Source of the DNA: Sphagnum compactum
Taxonomy: Eukaryota
NCBI GenBank assembly: GCA_965153455.1
Contig: OZ234494.1
Location: forward strand, 3,658,001-3,722,000
DNA: 64,000 bases
Reading direction: 5' to 3'
The position numbers and the translations under genes are program-made. Below, in pieces: positions 39,254 through 50,733 of this stretch; the first letter of the stretch is position 1, and each line of letters starts with the position of its first letter. Below the pieces are notes generated by a model that saw only the letters and a list, made by a program, of their open reading frames with translations, was not told where the DNA came from and ran no database searches.

Positions 39254-40103
39254 TAGTGTTGGCGGGTATCAAAAATATCCTCGGATCTCATTCATGTAGC
39301 ACCTAGGTATCATTATTTGAACCCCTTCTGACTGAAAACTTGATCATCGATTTTCAATTGTGTGAGAACTAGATGATGAAAATTGGCTTAAGTAAGAAAA
39401 ACTAAAAATATTAGAACACAAGTGAGGTAAAATTCCTTTATTTGGGCCAGGTTCTCAAATTATTGTGTACAAGCTTTAATACAACATTTAATGGACAAGG
39501 CTTGAGAGTAATTATGATAGTTGTATACGTAGATATATGTTATAGTAGTGGAGGCATTCATGAAAAAAAAAAGACAACTAATTAGTTACAAATAATGATG
39601 GTTTTTGAGTTTCACCCCACCTTTTGAATTATAATGTATTTTTTTGTAGGTTTTGTTTTGAATTTCAACCTATGTATGACGAAACTTAGGGTTAGGTTTT
39701 TTTTTAATAAATTTTAAAATGTGACCCCCTATGAAGGGCTAGGATGGATTTTGCGAATGAAATAAATTTGTAGTGTAGTCGTATTTTTTAATTCACCTTT
39801 TGGTGAAAATTCACAAAAAAAAACCAATAAAAAATTGATGTTTTTACTTTTAAAAAAAAATACTCAATATTTTTTTTGTAATTTTAGTTATGATTTTTTT
39901 ATTTGAAAAAAAAAGTAGTAACCAATTTGTGAGAATTGTAAAATGATAGCCAATTGTTTTCAAATTTAGGGCATTGTGAGAATTGGTAAATTTTTAAAAT
40001 AAAAATATTGATACCATGACCTAGTTTATAATTTCTTAAAAAATTAAAAAGTCAAAACTAGATCCTACATGTATCAAAAAATAATGATACCCACCCAACA
40101 CTG
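39254..40103. mobile_element. hAT-like MITE (~850 bp)
   Basis: TIRs tagtgttggcgggtatca (39254) and tgatacccacccaacactg (ends 40103). The 8-bp flanks gttataac / gttagcgc match at 5 of 8 positions (degenerate TSD). Internal tgtgagaa(c/t) motifs also occur in a more decayed copy at ~24320-25160, which ends ccacccgacattg. Confidence 0.6.
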
Positions 40104-40199
40104 GTTAGCGCCATGGATGGAATAATGGGTTTCAAACCTTTTTTTCTAAATTGGAAACTAAGGTGTCTTGTAGATTTCAAGCATGCCAAATGTGTAGCC

Positions 40200-40487
40200 T
40201 TTGTTGGGTGGGGATAATTAAGGTGGTTATGGTGTGGTGCACAAAGTGTGAATTGAAATGTTTAATCACATCCCAAGTGTTATGAAAATGGTGGGGAAAA
40301 CACCCAAAACGGATGATAAAGGAAAAGTGCACAAACAATGTTTGATTGAAGCATTTACATGCCCATGTGAACATCCATGTGTTATCAAGTTCCTAGCCAT
40401 CAATTTATACAACATGGATGCTTACACATTGTGGTGGAATGGGGGCACATTTTGAGAAATGTTGGATTACAATGCAAAGTATTCACA
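40200..40487 (+). pseudogene. Protein kinase N-lobe pseudogene fragment (subdomains I-V), intronless, truncated
   Basis: One frame reads *GGYGVVHKV*IEMFNHIPSVMKMVGKTPKTDDKGKVHKQCLIEAFTCPCEHPCVIKFLAINLYNMDAYTLWWNGGTF*EMLDY. This gives a Gly loop, VAIK-like Lys, alphaC Glu, HPxVI and the NGGTL-like hinge in correct order, with three in-frame stops. Confidence 0.7.
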
Positions 40488-41279
40488 TGTCCAAATATGT
40501 TAAGAGGAGCCACTTAGTTTAAAACCAAAGTCAATTTTTTTGGTATGACATTCATATAATTTCCACATACATATCTAGATGCTAATGGCATGGAGTTCAT
40601 TCATTTGAATGATCATCCATGACTTGTAATAAACTTGTACCTCACTTTTAATTTAGTTTCATTTCATTTTTAGTTAACTTCCAATTAAGTATTGATTCAT
40701 TTCCATTTGAATCATAGGTCATTTCTAGTTGACTCTAAGTAGAGTCTTAGTTAAGTTTTACTTCATTTTTAATTAAATTCTAGTTAAATTTAAATTAACT
40801 TTAATTTCACTATTAGTTAAGTTATATTTAATTCCAATTAATTTCGAGTTAATTCCTAGTTAAGTCCTAGTTAACTTTCAATTAAGTTTCAGTTAATTCA
40901 AAGTTGCTTTTTAGTTAGGAAGGTTTTTAAAAAGCTTCTATTTGATGCGCATATAGAAACGGTTTTGAAAGCTTCCTTGAGCTAGGTCCCCAAAGGGGTA
41001 TAAATAAAAGTAAGACCCTCATTTCCTTCAGTCTGTTCAACAATAATCTTAGGCATGATTTTACACCATAGCCTTGTCATGTTCTTTTTATGTTCATATT
41101 TGTATATGTTAACATAATAAAGATTCGTTTCCGCGTTGGTCTCGCACATCTCATCTTCTTGTTCTTAGTTCTTGTGTTTTTACTTTTGAATCACATAATT
41201 TTGTTTTGTTCCTTGTTTGATAGTTAGATTTAAAGCTCTATTTTAGCCTTTGTTTTTGTGCATCTTCGTGTCCTTGACA
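40488..41279 (+). mobile_element. Possible solo LTR (~790 bp) truncating the kinase relic
   Basis: Begins TGTC and ends GACA. Contains a TAGTTAA-rich repeat tract (40650-40920), TATAAATA (~40999) and AATAAA (~41115) in U3-R-U5-like order. No matching TSD found. Confidence 0.35.
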
Positions 41280-41339
41280 ATACCAAATGAAATTTCCCAA
41301 AATTAAAAGGATAAAAAATTATTAACCACATTAAAAAAC

Positions 41340-41750
41340 ACTCATACCCCAAGATATGTGGAATTGTAAAACTTTAAAAATTCAAAGAACTTTCCAAAAT
41401 TGATCGAGAATTCTAGAACTTCAAATATCCTTTGCCACACATAAATGGGGTAAAATGTACATGATGTGTTAAGAAAATTTGTATTTTATTATACAAAAAA
41501 CATAAAAATGTTAAAAAAAAGAATTGGTTATGATTTGAAATTATTATCATTTTTAGAGACAAAACATTGAATTTACAAGGAATCAGGAAATTTTCAGAAA
41601 TTCACATTTATTCAAAAATGATGAAGAAACAAACATGTCATGTTTATGGACAACTATAAACATTTATTATAACAAGTTGCAAAAAAAATTGTTCCAAAAT
41701 GCATTCATATGAAAAAGTTTTTTGGCAAAAAGGACATGTAGTCCTTTTTT
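41340..41750 (+). repeat. Copy of the AT-rich TIR-element family seen at 15368-16468
   Basis: atgtggaattgtaaaactttaaaaattcaaag, aatgtacatgatgt, tatgatttgaaattat and aacaagttgcaaaaaaaat..tatgaaaaagtt align colinearly with 15918-16300. Confidence 0.7.
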
Positions 41751-42214
41751 CCAATAATCCTGTTGGTTCATTGTATCCCATTTAAATGTTGCATTTTTGA
41801 CAGACAAATGAAATTTTGTGTACATTGACATGTATGATTGGGGTGAAACTAGACACATGCAAGAGGTGACTTCATCTTTATATGCATTTGTCAAGGAATA
41901 AGATTTCATCAATGCGAGGAAAATGTGTTGGTGGGTGGCCCTAAAACTCCAAAGTCCCCTTGACAAATGGCCAAACAACACCAAACATCTTTGATGTATC
42001 CCATCATTTCATTTTTTTGGTGTGGAGAATTTTTTAAAATTATAATGTAGCAAAAATATTGGAAAATTAATTGAAATTCCATTTTAGAAACAAATTTTCC
42101 CAATAATTGTTTTTCCCAAAATGTTTGGACAAAAAACAAAAAATTTTGCCAATAAAAAAAACATGGGAAGAAATCTTTTAAACCCCTTGTTGTCCATTGT
42201 GAAAGTTTGGTCAT

Positions 42215-42555
42215 TAGTCATTGTGTAGTGATGAAAAATGTTGGCAATTGAAAAAGGTATGTGGTGACTAAAAAATGATTGTGGCAATTGAAAAAAGGAC
42301 TGTGGTGACTAAAACTTTGGTGATTGAAAAAGGTTTGTTGGTGACCAAAATTTTGACTATCGAAAATGTTGGTGATCGAATTTTTGGCAATGAAAAAATT
42401 AGCAACGATAAAAAAATGTGGCAATTAAAAAACTGGACTATGGTGACCAAAAATTCATGATTGTGGTGATTGAAAATTCATAACTGTGGTGATAGAAAGC
42501 CATTTAGGTCGCCACGTGGTGTATGGTCATCGAAACGGGTGTAGTTTTGGTCACC
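42215..42555. repeat. Tandem array of TGTGG(C/T)(A/G)A(T/C)TGAAAA-like units
   Basis: tggcaattgaaaaa, tgtggtgactaaaa, tggtgattgaaaa and ggtgaccaaaa are repeated more than 10 times at ~16-22-bp spacing. Confidence 0.6.
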
Positions 42556-43803
42556 TTTATCCCTACCTTAGGCCATTCAATATGGGTTTTGATTTAGGCT
42601 GACCTAGGTTGACCTTATCCTAATGTGACATTGGGTTGCATTTGTGTCCAAATAGATGTGTCATGTTGCAATTGACGTTGTGACAACCCTGTTTTATTTT
42701 GGACCATTTGACAAAAATCATTAGTCAATCTTTGTTAGTCATAGATTTTGCTTATGGCAATTGTGTTGACCAAATGTCATGGAATTTTTGACAAAGTTCA
42801 TAATTCTACTTCTTGACAACAAATTCTTGAATTTTAGGCACATGTTCCAAATCTATGAGATTTGTAGTTCAACAACATTGGTTGGATCAATAGCCTTTAC
42901 ATGCATTTTAAGGGGTTATTGTTTAGGGGGAAGTAGGAATTCTAGTCCCAAATAGGGCCTTATACCTAAAGTTTTAGTGGGGCCATGACAAACTTACAAA
43001 ACAAAACAAAAATCTAAGAAAAGGATCAACAATTAAACCAATCAAATTCACAAATCAAACCTCCGAATTTCAATGTTGAAAACCATGTCAATTCACAAAT
43101 CACAAATCACAAAATGGAAATTATTTTGAAAATGAAAACTTGAATATTTTTATAAAATCATGGCCATGGTCATGGGGAATGAGTTTGTGATTTGTGGAGT
43201 TTCAAATTTGGATTTTGGAGCTTTTGCTACACCAAGTTTGGGCTTGTAAGTTGGAAGTTTAGGGACTAAATGTTGTAGGTTATAATCATCTATGGTGACC
43301 TCTTGGGATTGAGTCCTTGCATTCACTATATGTGTTGTAGTGTAATTTTGAACAATCCTTTGGGCCCCACCATGACCTCCCCATGTTCATTATAGGCATA
43401 ACGACACAATAGGCCCCCCACAATCCATTACCCTTTAACAAATCAACCTACATTATGTAGGTTACTCAAATTCACCCACCCTTGGGACATAGTACAAATC
43501 CATCACAACAACACATGGGCCTATTCATTGTTCATGTTGTTAATTTACAAAAATGTTACAAGCTTCAAGGTTCGTTGCTCCAAACTTCGAATTACAACTT
43601 GTTACAATGTGCACATAACGCATTTAGACTTCAAACTTGAACTATATATGCAAAGTTCAAAAAAATTCAAAACAATTACAACTCAAGCAAACTTGCAAGA
43701 TTGCAAGTTCCCTCAAGTAGGGTGAGAGCACATTAAATGTCGTAACCCCAATCTTGAGAGAGTGTGAGGATGAAGACTCACACTCCCGAAATGGGAACTT
43801 GGG

Positions 43804-44623
43804 TGACGCACTCCTTGGTCCCGGGGTGAACCCACTTGAGGGTTCACCAATGTGAAGTTGCGGAAAGTTGGGACCAAAGGGCACGCTCCCGACTTCCAAC
43901 TCTAGAAAGGGGTAGAGGGTCAAGTTGGAAGCCCCGGGATTAGACTAGGAAGATGGACTAGTAGATCAAGCACGAATCTGCATACAAAACCAACCACAAA
44001 TGGGTTAGTTCACATTCGGGAACAGCCTTGGGTGTTGGGACAAGCCACGGGCACTTTGGACTACTTGACTCACCACGGCCCGGACTCGGGGGAAGCCACC
44101 ACCTTCCCCCTTATAGTATTCTCTGCAGCTCACCACGGAGGCTACATCCAAATGGCACATTTTCTTGGGACTCCCGAAATGGAGTCCCGAAACTGTCCTG
44201 GTGGGACTCCCGGAACTTTGAACGGTCATAACTCTCGATTCTGGAGTCCGATCACAACGAGGTCTAAACCAAAGTTGTAGCCCTCGTTGAGATCTTTCCA
44301 ACGCCATGTCGCACTCCCTCAGGCGACGTCGGGAAAGGGTCGATTCCCGACTTTTAGTGGTCGGGAGTCAAACTGCCAGTTTGACTCCCGGCCTTTCTTT
44401 TGCCCATAACTTGGGCTGCAGATGTCCGAATGGCCAATGCGAGGCCATTTTCGATATCTACGTTTCAAGACCTTTCCAATGACACCAAGAACACCTCAAT
44501 GCGAGGTGTTTTGGGCCTTGCTGTCGAGCTCTGAACATTCGGGAGTCCCGGAGGACTCCAAGTCTCCAACTTTTCCAAGTGTTGGGCTTCACCCCCACAC
44601 TTGGACAAAGTGGGGTTGCGACA
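43804..44623 (-). repeat. 3' LTR of the gypsy element
   Basis: 820 bp; on the minus strand TGTCGCAAC..GCGTCA. 16 substitutions versus the 5' LTR by manual comparison. Confidence 0.95.
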
Positions 44624-44635
44624 CTCTCCCCCACT
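44624..44635 (-). promoter_or_regulatory. Polypurine tract (PPT)
   Basis: Plus-strand ctctcccccact reads AGTGGGGGAGAG on the minus strand, immediately before the 3' LTR. Confidence 0.85.
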
Positions 44636-45402
44636 AGAAGAAAGAAGTCAATGTCCTCATTGACACTTAGAATTTTCCTTCATACAATTTCAATTGCTTT
44701 CTTTTGGATCCTCGGCCATTTGCCGACTCTTTGCGACTAGGACCTTGTCTCAAGCTAACTTAGGCGTCCCCAAGTTTCCAACACTTTCTTGACAAGTCCA
44801 AGAGGGTCTTGTAGGAAACCCTCTTCCTTTGCTTCGTCAAAAGACTAAACTAGCCTAATTGACGAAGCCCTCATTTGGGAGGAACCTTTTTCCATCCTTC
44901 CCCTCATGAGGACTTAAGTCAAGTCTACTCTTGACCTAAGCTATTTGACATGACTCCTTTCCCTATCTTGCGCCTTGGTCACAACAACCAAGTCTTAACT
45001 AAAAGATTTGCTTATCAAGGTACGAGAAAGAACACCTAGGTTTGCCAAACCCAAGTCCCAAACTACACTTAGAGTATGTGAGCGGGGTCATGACTTCCCG
45101 TATTGGCCACACTACCAACCAACCCTTCGGGATGCACTTAAGGCATGTGCATGTCCCCGCAAGCTCACCTTGCTTGCCTCTTCCCTTGGGGCCAAGTTTC
45201 CTCAACCCCAAAGTAGGAGTCCGATTTTGATTTGGGCCTACGCAAAAAAGTTCCATTTGTCCATGCCACAACCCTATTTGCCTTAACAAATTTTTCATGA
45301 TACAATCTCTTGGAAGTTTTAAAGCCCTTTTTATTTCACTTGCAACTTGATGTGGTACATTTTATGAAACTCTCCCCCTCTAAAAGAAAGGTGATGTCTT
45401 CA

Positions 45403-48400
45403 TCACGCTCTACGTCTTTTCTTCGCCGGTCTAGTGTGGAATTCTTCTATGGCTTCTTGGGCATGTTCCATGTCGGATTCGTTCACCCAAGAAGCCTCTA
45501 TTGCATGGTAACCTTTCCACTTAACTAAGTATTCCCGCTCTCGCCCTCTAAGTTGCCTTGATTTGAGCACGGCCTTTACTTCAAACTCTGGTTCATTATG
45601 AACCAAGTCCGGTGGAGGCCTTGAATGATGCTCTCTATTAGGCCTTGAGGCGTCGTGGGAGACCGGCTTCAAAAGGGAAACATGAAATGTGGGATGAACT
45701 CTAAGATTTTCCGGTAATTCTAATTTATAAGTGTCGGAAAGTTTCTTTTCCAACACTTTGAATGGACCCGCATATGGGCCCATAAACTTATGATTTAACC
45801 GTTCGGGCAACCGGAAGTTCTTGATGTTCAACCACACCTCGTCTCCTTCTTGAAACTTCACCTCTCGTCGGGACTTGTCCGCAAAATCCTTGTACCTTTT
45901 GTGCGCCTTTTCCAAGTTGGCTTTTGCCAACTCCCATAAGCGCTTCCTTTCTTCATCAAGTTGTGTGACCATTAGCACTTCCTCACTTGCATCAATCGAA
46001 GGTTGTCCTTGTGCGGCCCAAGTCATGGGCACAATTGGTGACTTGCCCGTCACCATTTGGAATGGGGTGGATCCCGTTGCGGAGTGTACCGAGTTGTTGT
46101 AACAAAACTCGGCTAACTCCAAATGATCCACCCAATCTTGTTGATCCGCCGGCACATAATTCCTTAGGAATTGTTGGATCACCAAGTTCACCCTCTCGGT
46201 TTGTCCATCGGTTTGGGGGCGGAATGAAGTGCTCATCTTGAGTTCCAACCCCATTCGCTTCCACAAGGCCCTCCAAAACTTACTCATGAACTTTGGATCC
46301 CGATCCGACACTATGTCCTTTGGAAGGCCATGATGCTTGAAAATGTGGGAGAAGAACAACCTCCCCGTCTCTTGAGCCGTGGCTTCATCCTTTGTGGGAA
46401 TGAAGTGTGCCATTTTGCTAAATCGATCCACCACAACCATGATGGCATCGAACCCCTTTGAAGGGGGCAAACTTACCATAAAGTCCATTGACACACTTTC
46501 CCACGGCCCTTCGGGAATTGGCAAAGGTTGCAACAAACCCGCTTGCTTCTTGTTGAGGGTCCGGTTTTGTTGACAAGTTAAACAAGTCTTCACGTACTCC
46601 TCCGCATCATCCTTCAAGTTGGGCCAATAGTAGGACTTCTTTAGGAATGTTGTGGTGCGCTTTGCACCACCATGGCTCGCAAGCGGTCCATCGTGACATT
46701 CCTTCAAAAGTGTGTCCCTAATTTTCCCTTCCGGCACATAGAGTCGGTTTTGCTTGTACCACAACAATCCATTTTTCAAATGGAAGTGGGACTTGGCTCC
46801 ATTTTGGATGCTTTGCCTTGCTTCCTTGGCAAAAGCATCCCAGCGGTTTGCTAATCTAACTTCCTTTTGAAGTTCCGACTCTCCCACATACACCACTCTA
46901 AGTTGGTGTTTCCGGCTCAAGGCATCGGGGACTATGTTCTCCTTTCCCGGCTTGTGCCGGATGTCCACATTGAACAAGGCCAATGTGTCTTGCCACCTTT
47001 GTTGTTTTGATGACAACTTGGGTTGAATTGCGAAGTACTTCAAGGTCACATTGTCGGTCCACACCACCACATCTTTGGAGCCTATGTAATGGCCCCAAGT
47101 CTTGAGACAATGTATGACCGCCCACATTTCCTTCTCGTGAGTTGGCCACCTTCGCTCCGTCTCACTCAACTTCTTGCTTTCAAAGGCCACCGGTCTTCCA
47201 TCTTGCACTATGACACCCCCAATTGCAAAGTCGGAGGCGTCGGAATGGATTTCAAACTCCTTGTCAAAGTCGGGCAACTTCAACACCGGCGCCTTCACCA
47301 AAATGCCCTTCAATGTTCCAAAGGCTTCGTCGCATGCTTCATCCCAATCATAAGTGACGGCGGACTTCTTCAAGAGGTTTGTCAAAGGAGCCGTTATTCT
47401 CACAAAGTTCTTTATGAACTTGCGATAATAGGAGGCCAATCCTAAAAAGGATCTCAAGGCGGGAACCGAGTTAGGCGGCTCCCAATCCAAAATCGCCTTG
47501 ACCTTGTGATCATCCATCATCAACCCTTCTTGAGTTATCCTATGCTCAAGGAAATCCACTTCCGTCACCCCAAATTCGCACTTCTCGAGCTTGGCATACA
47601 ACTTGTTTTCCCTTAGCCTTTGGAACACCTTGCGAAGGTGCTCCGCATGCTCCTCCATGGAGCTACTATAAATCAAAATGTCGTCTATGTAGACGACCAC
47701 AAAATCATCAAGCCATTCGCGGAAAATGTCATTCATGAGGGTGCAAAATGTTGCGGGTGCATTGGTGAGCCCAAAGGGCATCACCAAGAACTCATATGAC
47801 CCATACCTTGTGAGACAAGCGGTCTTTTCTTCGTCCCCTTCCGCGATCCTTATTTGGTAATACCCCGAACGTAGATCAATTCTACTAAAAACCTTGGCTC
47901 CCGAGAGACGATCAAATAGATCATCGATGCGAGGTAAAGGATAACGGTTTTTCACTGTTGCCTTATTGAGTGCTCTATAATCCACACACATCCTCAAAGT
48001 CCCATCCTTCTTGTGAACAAAAAGGATGGGTGCCCCATATGGCAACTTGCTTGGTTTGATGTAACCTTTCGCGAGGAGTTCTTCAAGTTGAACCTTGAGT
48101 TCCTTCAACTCCTCGTGGCTCATTCTATATGGGGCCTTGGCGGGCGGTTCCACTCCCGGTATCACTTCAATCGCATGATCAACTCGTCTTCTCGGGGGCA
48201 ACTTTTCGGGCATCACATCTGGGAACTCTTCCAAAACCTTCCTTATGCACTTGGCAGAAGTCACCAACTTGGTGGCTTCCTTGGGCTCATACTCATCCAA
48301 CACCCGCATGACACACATCATGCCAAAGCCCCCCACGAGTTCTCTTTCCCAAGCTTTTCCTAACATAAAGTGGATGGTTGGATCACCCACACAAGGCAAC

Positions 48401-49871
48401 TCATGTGCCTTGACTCGCACAATCCCACTTTTAGATGGGATTCTAACTAACCTATTGTGCCCTTCAATGAGCACATTGTTTTGGGTAATGAATTCCATTC
48501 CCAAAACGCACTCCATTCCACCCAAGGTGGAAACTAACAAATCCACTTTTCCTCTCCAATTTCCTAATTGGAGAGGCACTCCCTTTGCTTGTAGTGTAGT
48601 TGGATGGGGAACCCCATCCGCGAAATGCACCTCAATGGGTGCCTTGAGTTCCTCCAAGTGGAGCTCCATCCTTTTGGCGCTCTCACGAGTTATGAAGTTG
48701 TGAGAAGCCCCTGTGTCCAAAAGACATAAAATTTCCCGCTTAACAATCTTCCCCTTCAAGAAGATAAGTCGATTGCATTCCGGTTGGGCTAGAGTGGCAT
48801 TGAGAGCAAGTACCTTAGAGCTCCCCACTCCCGATTTGGATTTGGGCCAATCTTTGGAGTAGTGCCCCACTTTGTTGCAATTGAAACACGTTCCCTTGGG
48901 TTTTGCTCCAAAATCTCCCTTGGGTTGGCTCCCTTTGAAAAAAGCCCCCTTCTTCACCAAGCTACCTTTTGGTTTGAACCCCGAGCCTTGGAATTGTTTT
49001 GGTTTATCCTTGGTTGGGCTACCTTGCCCCCGGTTCCATTCCCCCTCATGCCTTGGCTTTTTGTGAAGGAACTTGTTGTCCTTCTTGAACCCGGATTTGT
49101 TGCTCCGCCCCACATCCGAGAAGTTCTCCACTTTCGTGATGGCCTCGGATAATGAGGCGGGCCAACTCTCCTCAAGCTTTCGCTTGGCCCAAGTTGGAAG
49201 CCCCATCACAAATTGGCACACACGATCCAACTCGTGCATGTGCCGGATCTCTAACATGAGCTTGGAATAAGCCCTCACATATTGCCTCAAGTTCTCATTT
49301 GTGGCATCACAAGATCTCGGAGCTTGCACCTCGAGATGTAGTCGGAGTTCCTCGGAACAAACTCCGACTCAAGGCGCTCCTTAAAGAACTCCCACGTGTA
49401 GCCATGGTTTTTGCCCTCCTCTTGTCTTACCGTCCGCCACCATGTGGCGGCATAGCCTTTCAAGTAGGATTGGGCAAGCTCCACGGCGGAATTCCGTCCA
49501 ACCTTGGCGGCATGGATATAATCGTCCATTTCCGCAAGCCAAACATCCACCACCTTACGGTCTCGGGCACCATCGAAATTCCCGGGCTTGGCCGGTTGAA
49601 ACCTTTCACCTTTGGAGGTCCCCGTTTTGAGGGCCGCCACCAACTCACCAAAGTCGGGCCTATTCATCTTGAGGAGGACTTCAAGTTGCTCCGGGGTGAA
49701 TAGGACCGAGCTCCGTTGTTCTTCCTCACTTTCGGGTTCAACCTCGGGCTCATCTTGGTCCTCCCGGAAGTTTGGTTCCTCCCCAATTGATTCGGGCGGG
49801 GCTACTAGGTCATCGACGGGCTCCTCGGACCTAAGCTCTGGAGCTAGCTTCTGATTCTTCTTGGGTGCCAT
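45403..49871 (-). pseudogene. gag-pol polyprotein of the chromovirus, broken by a 1-nt frameshift near 49307
   Basis: Gag starts MAPKKNQK at 49871 and stops early at [10 protein letters not shown]. The other frame continues [13 protein letters not shown] into a 1308-aa ORF with knuckle [14 protein letters not shown], protease [21 protein letters not shown], RNase [10 protein letters not shown], integrase HHCC plus SMDF/SDRD/GQTER, GPY/F, and chromodomain [19 protein letters not shown]. Confidence 0.93.
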
Positions 49872-49899
49872 CCCAAAATGTCGTTGAGCTTCACCTTGA

Positions 49900-49911
49900 G
49901 CTCTGATACCA
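49900..49911 (-). promoter_or_regulatory. Primer binding site for initiator tRNA-Met
   Basis: Plus-strand gctctgatacca reads TGGTATCAGAGC on the minus strand, 2 nt inside the 5' LTR end. Confidence 0.92.
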
Positions 49912-49913
49912 CG

Positions 49914-50733
49914 TGACGCACTCCTTGGTCCCGGGGTGAACCCACTTGAGGGTTCACCAATGTGAAGTTGCGGAAAGTTGGGACCAAAGGGCACGCTCCC
50001 GACTTCCAACTCTAGAAAGGGGTAGAGGGTCGAGTTGGAAGCCCCGGGATTAGACTAGGAAGATGGACTAATAGATCAAGCACGAATCTGCATACAAAAC
50101 CAACCACAAATGGGTTAGTTCACATTCGGGAACAGCCTTGGGTGTTGGGACAAGCCACGGGCACTTTGGACTACTTGACTCACCACGGCCCGGACTCGGG
50201 GGAAGCCACCACCTTCCCCCTTATAGTATTCTCTGCAGCTCACCACGGAGGCTACATCCAAATGGCACATTTTCTTGGGACTCCCGAAATGGAGTCCCGA
50301 AACTGTCCCGGTGGGACTCCCGGAACTTTGAACGGTCATAACTCCCGATTCTGGAGTCCGATTGCAACAAGGTCTAAACCAAAGTTGTAGCCCTCGTCGA
50401 GATCTTTTCAACGCCATGTCGCACTCCCTCAGGCGACGTTGAGAAAGGGTCGATTCCCGACTTTTAGTGGTCGGGAGTCAAACTGCCAATTTGACTCCCG
50501 GCCTTTCTTTTGCCCATAACTTGGGCTGCAAATGTCCGAATGGCCAATGCGAGGCCATTTTCGATATCTACGTTTCAAGACCTTTCCAATGACATTAAGA
50601 ACACCTCAATGCAAGGTGTTTTGGGCCTTGCTGTCGAGCTCTGAACATTCGGGAGTCCCGGAGGACTCCAAGTCTCCAACTTTTCCAAGTGTTGGGCTTC
50701 ACCCCCACACTTGGACAAAGTGGGGTTGCGACA
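49914..50733 (-). repeat. 5' LTR of the gypsy element
   Basis: 820-bp direct repeat of 43804-44623, adjacent to the PBS. Confidence 0.95.

Larger units (their letters stand above)
43804..50733 (-). mobile_element. Full-length Ty3/gypsy chromovirus (Tcn1-like) LTR retrotransposon, 6930 bp
   Basis: Two 820-bp TG..CA LTRs, perfect TSD TTGGG (43799-43803, 50734-50738), tRNA-Met PBS, PPT, and domain order gag-PR-RT-RH-IN-chromodomain. Confidence 0.97.

Noticed and set aside
44005-44637. Short ORFs duplicated at 50115-50771 and 51043-51379
   Set aside because: They lie within LTRs; the duplication reflects the LTRs, not genes.
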